A DNA stretch of 64,000 nt from Kondoa subrosea (lineage: Eukaryota), in contig BCIN01000001.1 of NCBI GenBank assembly GCA_039545335.1, positions 434,001-498,000 on the forward strand. The letters are read 5' to 3'. Within the stretch, counting starts at the first letter, position 1. Each line of letters opens with the position of its first letter. Shown in pieces: positions 13,461-24,019 of this stretch. Made by a program: the position numbers and the translations under genes. The notes beneath the pieces are model-generated. The model was not told the DNA's origin and did no database searches. It worked only from the letters and a program-made list of their open reading frames with translations.

Positions 13461-13962
13461 TGTTTGCGATTGTATGAAAGTATGAGAAGTAAATAAAGAG
13501 AGAGAGAAAGAGAAAAGGATTGGACAGCTCAAGAAAGAAGCCGTGCCTGTAGTCTCCCCTGATTGAGGGTCAGGTAATACGGCGTTACTAATGGGAGAGA
13601 GCCGGGATGAGCTGATGAAGGCCTGGCTCATATAGAGGGCGGAGCGGCAAATACTTTGAGGTACCAGGAGGTTGCCTGGATGACGCTGAGAGAAGTTCAG
13701 GACGAAGTGAGCGGTAGCGCCTCGATAGGCAGCTGCTGTGCTCGGGAAGCATTGGTCCAGAGTCCAGGGCGTAGCAAATAGAATGTTTCTTTGACTTTGA
13801 GGAATATTGAATCATGAAAAGAGGTGACTGATGGATAAAATGGGAACTTGAGTGTGCACGATAGGAAACAGTAAATACATGCCAGTATGCAGATAATATG
13901 CGAAGTGAATTAGTATACAATGACAAATGCTATCCGAAACTTGGCTCATCGCTTGCAGCAGA

Positions 13963-15250
13963 TCAGAGAAACACGTCCCACAGACCATCTTCATGCCCGA
14001 CCTTTCTTGTCCAAGCTGTGCTAGCACCATCGCAACTCTTGACAGGACAACCAGACCACATGGGAGCGAATCCTTCTTCCAAAGCAGCCACAGCAGGAGA
14101 AGCCTTCTTCTTCCCTCTACTCTTCTTCCCACCACCTTTCGGAATCGCTTTGGCCTTCTTTCCCTTGTGAGCGCATTCAGCGCAAACCAAATGACCACAT
14201 CTGAGAGCATAAGGTCTAGCAGAATCCTTTTCCGCTTCGTTTCCCAAAAACAATTCCTTTTCACAACCAGCGCAAACAGGAACTTCTTCATAACAAGACT
14301 CTTCAGAAGAATCTTCAGCATCGATATTGACAATTTCATCAGGTGGAACTATATCTCTTCTGTAACCAGGATCCAATTTTCTAGGATGAGATTTGTTTGC
14401 ATCGTATTTAGCTGGTTTGGGATCCGAATTAGATGGTCCTCCTCCACCACTACCGTAGCCACCTAAAAGATTTCCACCAGCTCCTCCTCTTCCAAACAAG
14501 CCTAATTGAAATAAACCAGCTGGTATATAATCATCGTCGTAATCTCCCGCTCTAGCCAAAAAAGGACCTTGATCATGAAAATGATGAAAAGGTGCTGTTC
14601 CTCTTCCTCTAGTAAAGCCACCTTGAGCTGTTCGACGTTGTTGAGGAGGAGGAGGTTGAGGTATTGCTGGCGGAAGAGATCTGGGTAAAGGTGGATTGGG
14701 AGCTCCATGAATAGGTATACTTCCAACAAAGCCTTTACGAGTAATAAGTGAAGCATGAGATTGTGATGGGTAATTTGATTGATGAAACTTCTCAAGACTA
14801 ACCATTCCAAGCATTCCGAACGCTAGCAGGTAACATATTCTGAGTAACTACAGCAGACCGAGTTGATGGACCAGCAGCAGTAGGAGCAGGAGGAGGAGCA
14901 TTTGACGTTGAAGTCAAATCTATGAAAGTAGAAGCAGGTCTACTAGGGACTTGCAACACGAAATGATGATTCGGCCTACTGGAAGATCTCTGCCTAACTG
15001 TCCTTGTTGTTGCTGGCGAAACATGAGATTGACCAGTAAAGACTATATCTTCTGATGAAGACTGTCTAGCGCGTCTTCTAGGAGAGGTAGCAGCTGCAGG
15101 AGAAGGTCGAGCGTTGGAAGTTGAGGCCACCAAGTTGGGCGAAGGACTGTCTTCTGTCAGATCAATGACATTGGCTTTCCTCTTGCGCGTTGCTCGAACT
15201 GGTCGACTGTTGCTCGGCGGACTGTAATCGTCAATGTCCACGACCGGCAT
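13963..15250 (-). CDS. SIM-containing RING protein, SUMO-targeted ubiquitin ligase subunit (Slx5/Rfp1/RNF4-like)
   Basis: SIM-like VVDID, VIDLT, DIVFT, FIDLT and IVNID motifs; C-terminal CAGC...LRCGHLVCAEC...CPVKSC RING. The two ORFs join through a GTTAGT...AAG intron (about 14733-14801). Confidence 0.75.
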
Positions 15251-15566
15251 CGTCGTTATGATGCTATAGTTTGGAGGCGAGCTGTTCCACTTGTTATTCT
15301 TGCAAGGCTTGTTGTGTTCTCAGATTGAGTGAGCTGGCACTGGGCCTCGGTGGCCTGTGAGGAAAGAAGACAGGCTCCTCTCCTCCTCTCCTCCTCTCGT
15401 CAGGATATGTTAAGTACTCAAGCTGCCTTCTTGAAATCGCAATCAGGCCTATCACTGGGCAAGGTTTTTTCTCTTCTTCCTCTTCTTCCTCAGCTTCGTA
15501 CACTCTTTCCTCCTCTTATAACACGTAAGCTTCTCTCCCTCGCTCAATACCCTAACTCCTCCTTTT

Positions 15567-15754
15567 GAACAAGATGACATTAATTATTCTTTCCCCATCA
15601 TATCGACCATGGTGTCAACCCTATGAAAGACGGGGACTTGCTCTTCTCTGGATCTCTGTTGCAGGAGTGAAGGAGGGGAACAAGTTTCTGCTTTGGCTGC
15701 AGCTGAGTTTTCTCAGAGGCGGCTTTACTTGCCAGTAATCCTTTTGTCTGATTC
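15567..15754 (+). ncRNA. snR190: snR190-like box C/D snoRNA (intronic)
   Basis: Box C variant AAGATGA 15571-15577, box D CTGA 15748-15751 and a GAA/TTC terminal stem. TTCTTTCCCC (15587-15596) is complementary to conserved 25S GGGGAAAGAA. CTTGCCAGT (15728-15736) pairs, with G-U, to 25S domain I AUUGGCGAG. Both elements and the TCGACCATG stretch resemble yeast snR190 as recalled. Confidence 0.8.
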
Positions 15755-15904
15755 TATCTATTCGCTCTTCCATAACGCGTTACTACGAGAGAACAGAGAC
15801 TGATCAATTTGATTCTATCTCACAGGTTAAAAAGCTGGAATCTTGAACAATTCTCGTAAGTTGACTTTTCCTTGCATTCGATTCAAGCCATTCCTTTCTT
15901 TTCT

Positions 15905-16415
15905 ATGATGAAAACCTTCCCTTGTTTAACTTCGCAGTTTCCTCCTATGACTCCTTTGTTCAAGTCATTGCTTTACCTCGAATTCCTCTTCACCAAAAGT
16001 TCAACTGTCGTTTTACATGCTCAAGCAATGGGACCTCGTTCTCTTACGATCAAGAACCGTTACACGGAGGACTCAAGAATCTCTGAGGATATGGCTAGTG
16101 CTCCATTTCCGTTTCAAAGAAGTCGAATTGGAAACTTTCCTGTACCAAAGTCGTCTTCCGATCTAAGCATGAGAAGAGTTTAACCCTCTCTTCTTTGCTC
16201 TGCTTGGATGCCGATTGGGATTGACCTTCTCATACTAGACTTCTCGAGATGAAAGTGTTGTAGTGCTGCTATTTTTCGGACATGTTCTTGTGTTTCTCTG
16301 GTTCAGCGATCGTTTGTTAGGATGGTGCTTTGTTCCTTGTTTCGAGTGGCAGAGGGACTGAAGATGGGAACTTGGTCTTGCGATGATGGGTTGATGAGGC
16401 TTTGAGGGCGTCTGA
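15905..16415 (+). ncRNA. U14: U14 (snR128)-like box C/D snoRNA, intronic; 3' end uncertain (16214 or 16415)
   Basis: Box C ATGATGA 15905-15911. Domain A TTCGCAGTTTC (15931-15941) is complementary to 18S GAAACUGCGAA. A GTTCT-CTTACGATCA-AGAAC hairpin resembles the fungal Y domain. It lies directly downstream of snR190, as in the conserved fungal cluster. Domain B is degenerate. Confidence 0.72.
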
Positions 16416-17876
16416 ATCTTCAATCATTCCTGTCGAACTCGTATTTGAACTTTGGACATGATGCTCATTGTTGTTGCTATTAATAGGTGCCATTGATATA
16501 CCTACTCTTTATCAGTACTTGTAAGTTTCCATTCTATATTTTCTTCCTTGCTATTCTTGCCATCAAAATGATTAGCATACCAAAAGCAAGTATGTTTACC
16601 CCTTCTTGCATTTTCTTTATGTATGCTGACTATCTCTTAACAGTCAGGAAGTGCCGTCGTATTCGCTAGCGATCGATCAATCCTTTTCAATTTCAAACAT
16701 CGTCTGTCACCTTATCCCAAACATTCCTTCGTCTCGCTCTGTTCAACCTACTTTTCTCGATGTCGGAGCATCAGATGGGTTGGCTTTTAATGATGTCTTT
16801 ATATCATCTTTCGGCTTTAGGACTTGACCTAGGGATTTGACCGATTTATGTTTCTACATTGATTTTTATGCTTTTCCGGTCTATTGTGTTTCGTACGGAA
16901 AGATGAATAGGAAGGATGGTAGCAATTTATGAGATGTTGAAATGGAGGATGCGCAGAAATGGGTTTGCAAAGTTGAAGAGGTTGAGAAGTTGCAATATTG
17001 GTGACATGCCGTAGAAAACTTGGTTCATGTCTGATTCTTTACCTTCTTCTTTTTTTGAGGAAAGAACTGTTTTATGCAATGGGAATAGACATGCTGATCT
17101 GTTATTGTTTGCGATTTACAGGTTTTTTGGCTTCCAGTTCTCAAAAGCTTATTGTAACCAACATTTCTGCTTTGGCTTTCTTTCAATGCACGTTTTTCTT
17201 GTTATCATTGTTGCGCTTTCTTTATTGCTAGTGACACTTGATGCAGATGAATCATTCGCTTCTTCCTTCGATAGGCTCGCTTCACATCTGATCTTCAACA
17301 TGTGTACTCGTAAACTGATGTCCAGCTCCGCAGGAAGAAGGCATATGACCTTGGCGAAGTGGCATATCCTCGACGTGGGTTTTCTATGTCATAGGTCTGC
17401 TCTGCTACCGGAATTTAGACTGAAGGTCAATTGGACGTGCTCTTTTGTCGCGTTCATGCCTCTTGTCGGTCTCAGCCAGCTTTCGCAGCTTTCCTCTCCC
17501 TCTCTTTTCTTCTTCTCTCTAAACCTGGCCATTTTCTTCGAGTCCTATCTGCTTAGTTTCTCCCATGACCAACTTGTCAGCAAAATCATTATGTGATCTC
17601 TCTTCCTTTGTTCAGCTTGTAGCTCGTTATGTTGTGCTGAAGGACATCTCTGCAGCTGTGGCTGACATGCTGAGTCGAAGTCCACCAATACTAGGTTTGA
17701 CCTTTTGCTCAATTACTTCTCGATAGTGTGCAGTCGCGAGGAATATGTAGTCGCGAGGAATACAAACGCTTGTAATTAGTCCATGCATATTGTCTATGAA
17801 TACAATGTTTGCCTCAGTACAGGCGCGCGCTATGACTTGACTTGACGCGAACATCCGAGCTTAACCAAATACAATC

Positions 17877-18670
17877 ATGACCGACGTAGTTAAAGCAGGA
17901 GCAGAGATTCCAAAGGGTTACGAAGGCAATGCTCCAGAGGTACATCTCATCCCTTCCTCCTTCTTCAGCGCAAAGTCCAAGCTTAGTATAATAATACAGA
18001 TTGAAATGTCGTTCGCTGTTCGCTTCTACTCTGCATCTATGACTCGATGGATACTATTGCTTACTCAATAAGGCAAACAGGTGAAATGCGTGGAATTTAG
18101 TAACGCCCATTGGAAACTATGCGAATCTGTGAAACCATCAACTCTGAAACTAACTCGCCATGATGAAGAATTGTTAGCTTCAGTCAAAGAAACATTCCCT
18201 GCTTTGTTTCAAGGTGATAGATTAAGTAAATTGGATGAGACTAGGGATTTGAAGAGTCCGGAAGCAAAGGAAACTTGGAGGAAATGGATTCTGCAATGGC
18301 AAGATAAGATTCGTCAGTTGCTTTTCCCGCTAGTGCAAGATGTATGAAGGGGAGGTAGGCTGATATATACTCGTGAACAGACGATCACAACTTTGGGACT
18401 TTGTTGAGATTGAAATCTTCGTCAGACTATTCAGAAGAGAACAGCATGTTTGGTCAGTCTCGGTGTTCTTAATTGGCTGTCTTACAGCTGACAGCCAATC
18501 GATGTTAATAGCCACTCGCATTCAATTCTTTGCTATCGAAATCGCGAGAAACAACGCAGGGCTAAATGACTGGATACATGAGGTTCGTTCTGATCAGATG
18601 CAGCTGATACTATGCTGATTCGAAGGACAATCAGAAGAAGGACGTGAAGAAGAAGGGCAAGGCTACATAA
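17877..18670 (+). CDS. Polysaccharide-biosynthesis-domain protein (PBDC1/YPL225W-like)
   Basis: NAPE|IEMSFAVKC, LKLTRHDEE, LKSPEAKETWR, HNFGTLLR and TRIQFFAIEIARN.AGLNDWI. Confidence 0.88.
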
Positions 18671-18735
18671 TCACATAAAGGAGTCATTTATTTGCATTCG
18701 ACGCACACACTTTGTCTTTCGCATACTACCATTAT

Positions 18736-21015
18736 ATGCAAGCTGGACCTAGCAAATCGCGCGACACTCGTACAGATGAATTAAGTCAATCACTATCTGG
18801 CCTCCGCCTTGCTCGTCCTACGCTTGCTGTAACAATTCAAGAAGATTGTTTGCAACATGTATATACCAGGAAAGGCTCGGATGGCCTTGTGAATGCGTCA
18901 TCGATAGTAGAGCGACCTGAACGTATAGCTGCTGTGAAGCTAGGCATCGCAGCTGCCTACTGTCGATTACAACAATCCCCTAATATCGCATGTCTGCCTT
19001 CCCTGTCAGAAGACCACACTTCCCTGCATTTGCAAGGCTCTCCTTTCGATATCAAGTTCAGTAAAGCTTCTATACCATTGTCTCATCCTTCTGTACGGTA
19101 TATCCACAACTCAAGTAACCTCAAACCGAGCGAATCAGACCTCAACGATCTAGCACCTCGTTACCCTGATCAATTACTCTCTTGGATCCATTCTGTTCCA
19201 TCACTACATACCTTGAATCAATCTGAAATTCCAGAACATTTACCTCAGGGAGATTTATATCTTTCACCTGGAAGCAAAGAAGCAATAGAAGGAAGTATAG
19301 GATGTGTATGTGAAGCTGTTGATGAAATATCGCAAGAAGGCGGTGGGAAAAGGTTTTGCGTTGTTAGACCTCCAGGGCATCATTGTGGACATGCTTCACC
19401 TTGTGGTTTCTGTTTTGTGTGAGTTCCCTTGTGAAATAGGATTGTGTGAAAACACGGTTGGCTGAAATCAGACTGAAGTAATTTAGCTGGGATTGCTGCT
19501 GGTCATGCCTCTCTCAATTCTGAAGTTGATCGAGTAGTGATCTTGTGAGTATTACCAAAACTTGGACAAAGTGAACATGCTGAAGAAGTAGACAGCGATA
19601 TTGATCTACATCACGGACAAGGAACACAAGAAATCGTCTGGCGACTCAACCAAGAAGCTCGCTCAGCTGCTACTACACCTAAAACTACACCACGAAATTC
19701 CCCAGCCAAATCAAATGGTGTCTCTAAAAAGAAACGACCCTTACAAATCCTTTATGCATCTTTGCACGATATCCTTTCCTATCCTTGCGAAGATGGAGAT
19801 GCTCGAATGGTTTCTGATGCTTCTGTTCGAATTTCGGGAAATCATGGTCAATTCATATCAAATGTTCATCTCGAAACATATACTTCAACGCAACAGTTTC
19901 ACGAAGAAATATATCCAAAGTATCATCAAGGCTTGTTTGGTGCAGCCAAGAATTTCTTAAGCCAAACGGCAGCAGATTCAGAAAGGACTTTGTTCCTAGT
20001 TTCAGCCGGTCAATTCCTTTTGCTATAATATGTCGATATTAGCTGATCTATTGGATATTAAGGTATGGACGCAAGTGAGCATGAATATCCTTCAATGTCA
20101 AGACACAATCGTCGAGTTCCTACTTCCTTCTATTCTCGCTTCACAAGGGATCTGAATACTTTTGCATCCTCTTCTACCTCCTATTCTTCCAACACCTCAT
20201 CCACTACACCTCTTGTACCGAAAATTGTAGCTATTCTTGAAGGTGGTTATTCTGATCGAGCCTTATCTACTTCAACTGCTAGTTTCCTTACTGGATTAGT
20301 ACATGACACGATGGAATGGGATTTGAAAGATGTCTTGCCAATGGAGAAATCTATTTCGACTACTTTTACTTCAAATACTGGAAAGAAAGCATTACCTGAT
20401 TGGGCTGTTCAGACTGGGAAATTGTACGATTTATTGATTGGTCGACAAGAAAGAGTGCAACCGACGGTTAAAAAAGAGAAACTGGAAGTGAAAAGGGAAA
20501 AAGGAGAAGGGATGAAATTGAGAGATCGGAGTGGGAAAACTTACCCTTCTTATGCTGAAGAAGAACAAGATCCGGCACCTTCTGTACCGAAAGTTAAAGT
20601 CAAGAAAGCTACAAAGAAGCTCGTCGAGGTCGAACTGAAAACCGTTGCATCGACACCTATTGCTTTACCACAAATTCAACCTGTTCTACCTAATCCTGTT
20701 TTCGGTCAAACTTGGCAAGGCGATCCGCAGAGAGTTACGAGAGCTCGCTCACCTGATAGACAAGTTCCGCAGCAAGAGAAAGAGCCAGATCAAGCAGAAA
20801 GTCCCTCAGCGCAACGAGCCGAATCGCCTGTTTTGGACATTCGTTTCTCACAGAAACAAGAAGGAAGAGCTAGATCTCCTGACAGACTAGTCACTTTCGC
20901 AAAGACCGCTCATTTGAGGGAATTTGACAAAGAGGCGGTTTGGAGCGAAGAGAAACCTCAGGCTGCTGCTGCACCGAAACTCAAGATTGTTTGGAGATCG
21001 CAAGGGATTGAGTAA
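18736..21015 (+). CDS. HOS3: Histone deacetylase, Hos3-like
   Basis: IVERPERI, GDLYLSP, VRPPGHH..GFCF, DIDLHHGQGTQ, SLHDILSYPCEDGD, SAGMDASEHE..MSRH and LEGGYSDRAL. Confidence 0.88.
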
Positions 21016-21159
21016 GAAACGCGTAACAAACGGGCTTCGACGCGAAGATTTGGGGCATTCCTTGCATGCATTGATAAAGCCAATGTCGTGTTGTTTTCCG
21101 AGCACGTCGACTACTAATTTGTAAATATCCTTCATACCGTGCTCTGATGATCTCGAGGG

Positions 21160-23845
21160 ATGTCAACCTTTCACGGCTTCTGTGCGCCTCAGTGTCGCTC
21201 GCTCGCTGCAGTTTGGCTAAGTTTCAATGAAACAGTGCAAGAATTTGGTTCTACATTCCGGTGTGATCGTTTCACTACCATTCCAGAAGGTCAAGAAAGT
21301 CCTCTCTACTATCTACTCTCGCACATCCATTCAGATCATTTGGTTGGCTTGCAAAGGAAATCTTTCACTGGCGAGATCTTTTGCTCTGAAATCACAAAAG
21401 AGCTCTTGCTTCGCTTGGAACCTGCTATTCAGAGAATACATTACAATACTGGTTTCATTGATAAGAAAGTCCGCCCGTATTATGCGCTCAATAGGGACAG
21501 CGTCAAGTTTACGATACTCAAGTTGAACGAGCCGCATGTGCTCAGGGTGAGCTGTATAGACCAGGGTATGGTATGGTAAGCAGCTCATGTATACTCTGAT
21601 AGCCGCATGATCGGGACACGTATCGCGTCACTTTGCTCGATGCCAACCATTGTCCAGGCAGCAGCATGTCAGTCATGTCTCAAGCTATGTACTTCGACTG
21701 CTAATATGCAGATTAGGTTCGTCGTCGAATCGTTTGACAAGACTGATCTGGATCTGAAGCAAGTCAAACAAGCTGTGATCTACACTGGCGACATTCGAGC
21801 CGACGAAGATATGGTCAAAGCACTGAAACTCAGTCCTGCTGTTCGACCTTACCTTTGTTCTAGACATCTGGCGGAACAGAAACTCGAACGTGGACCTAGA
21901 TTAGCTAATATCTATCTTGATACCGCTCTCGCGCTTTGCAATGTCGTTTCTCTTACAAGGGTAGGCTTCAGTCTCCTTGTGATGTGTGCAAGGCCAATCT
22001 TCAGATACAGACAGAAGCCATGAGCAGAACTATTGACTTGATGCGCAAATTCCCAGGTCATACTAAATTTTTCATCAATGCTTGGACCTCAGGTTACGAA
22101 GTCTTCCTTGAAGCTGTGGCAGTAGCTTTCAAGACCAAAGTGGGTCGTGATTAGAAGGTCGTTTTCCCAGCCGATCAAATGTTTCATAGATTCATGTCGA
22201 CCGCTATAAATGGATGCAACTAGGTTATATCTACTCTGGCGAAAAGCGCGAGAAACTTTTCACTAGACAACCCACCTCTAGTCGCTTTCACGCTTGTGAG
22301 AAAGAATGGAAATGCGATGAAGTTTGGGTTCAGGGTAGAGGTTGTCATGAATATGAATGGGAAGATCAAGCCAAGATTGGGAAAACTCGAGATTACCCAA
22401 AGTCGAAGCTCAACGTTGGTTGTGGATGTCGCAAAGGGAAGGATTCGGGCTGCGAAGCATATGAGTGCAAAAAGGCTGGCATGGACGATTCGCTTGTCGT
22501 CTATGTCAATCCTTCGGAGCCTGTATCGATAGCTAAATACCAAGCGTATGAGAAGAGCTTATTGGAGAAGCTTGAGCAAGCCAAAGAGGCGCCGACTGTA
22601 AAAGGAAAGAAGCGGAAGGAACCACCAGTCGATTGGCCGACCTATCTTGTCAGTCTGAAGTGTATCAGATATGAAATCAGTCTAATCGATGTTGTGCAGA
22701 TGCTCCCGCTGAACCGTCACTCTACCTTACCAGAACTACAAGCACTTGTTGCACTCTTTCACCCTGATACGATTTATCCAAATACAATCTATGATCAGAA
22801 ACAGTTTCTCGACTATTTCATGCTATACCGATCTTTTGCTGGACTTATATCGCCTGAAGGCCAGAAACAGATTATGCAAATAGCGGGTCAGCTCGCAACA
22901 GCATTTCACAACAGGACATCTTCAAACACCAAGACCTCTACCAGAACATCTGAATTGGATTTTCCTGACACTCCCTTCTCCGTACCTTTCCTCGAAGACA
23001 TCAAGTTTGATGTAGCAGAACCAGTACTGCTTAGCGAGGCAAAACGGGAAGAGAACGATGCTGCCCAAGGACCCTTGGCTTTTGTCGACAATCTCAGCAT
23101 CCTTATGAATGATGTAAGAATACAGCCGCTAAGGGAAGATGCTGTCAATGGAGAAGGAGATGCTCTGTCTGAGGAGGAAGAACAAGGGCCAGGTTCACAA
23201 CTGGGTCTGCTAGAATGGCCGCAACCTGCCGAAGCAGCTGCAACAGTACACGAGGAAGAGTTCCGTCATCCGCCTTCGCCTAAGCGGTCAAGATCAAGTC
23301 AAACTACTTTGGCACCAAGTACTTTGCCGTTTAGAGAACCTCCTTACAAATCAACTCCTCCTCTGCGCTCTAAAGCTGTTCAAGATTCTAGCTGCCTACA
23401 AAGCAAGAAACGAGCCTTAGCAAGAACATCGCCTATGATTGAAATTACTCCTCTACCTGATTCTCTTGCTATTCCCGACCTTCCAATATCTCGACCGAAT
23501 CCAGCTCATCATTCTCTCTGCCGGTGCAATCGCTCTTCTTGGCCCGCGCAAGGGAACAGATCTTTATCCGCCTTAAGAAGAGCAGCAAGAACGGAGCGAG
23601 CCATTCGAGAGAAGTTGCTTGCTACCGCCCTGTCTTGTCCAATAACGGTAGTCATGCAAGAACAGCAACGCAAATACGAACGCCTGAAACAAGCCGACGC
23701 GGAACGAATACTGCTTTCACCTGCTACTTCTACCTTCCGTACGCAGAAGCAATCGAGTTCACCAAATGGTCAATACCTTCACATACATACCGAACAAATT
23801 CAAAGAGGAATCATGTCCAGTAGCAAGATTCTTGATACTCCTTAG
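21160..23845 (+). CDS. Artemis/SNM1-family metallo-beta-lactamase/beta-CASP nuclease (Artemis-like)
   Basis: MSTFHGF start, LLSHIHSDHLVGL, LLDANHCPG, YTGDIRA, IYLDT, WTSGYE and RHSTLPEL. Confidence 0.88.
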
Positions 23846-24019
23846 CATATAGAAGCATTTTGTAAATCACCTTGTATCAAATCAGGCATTCGAGCATTGC
23901 ACGCATTTCCATGCAGTACCTGTTTTCCAGTAACCGCGAAAGCAAGACTCGTGAATGGGAGGAAATATACCGTGACAAGCGAGATACCCTAGACTGCATA
24001 CACAGAGACTGAGAGCAAT

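Larger units (their letters stand above)
15525..16643 (+). ncRNA. Spliced non-coding snoRNA host transcript (three introns; outer ends extend beyond these coordinates)
   Basis: Introns GTAAGC 15525..CAG 15825, GTAAGT 15856..TAG 16486 and GTAAGT 16521..CAG 16643, each with a branch-like motif. Internal exons are 30 and 34 nt with no ATG, and the spliced product has no ORF. Confidence 0.7.

Noticed and set aside
14733..14814. Apparent frameshift in the SIM-RING gene
   Set aside because: Resolved by a GTTAGT...AAG intron.
16521..16643. Third host intron as another snoRNA carrier
   Set aside because: Only a weak ATGATTA, and its sole CTGA is part of the branch point; no recognisable antisense element.
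17027..17596. 189-aa + strand ORF
   Set aside because: Phe/Leu/Ser composition typical of T-rich non-coding sequence, with no motif; probably the 3' region of the snoRNA host or intergenic DNA.
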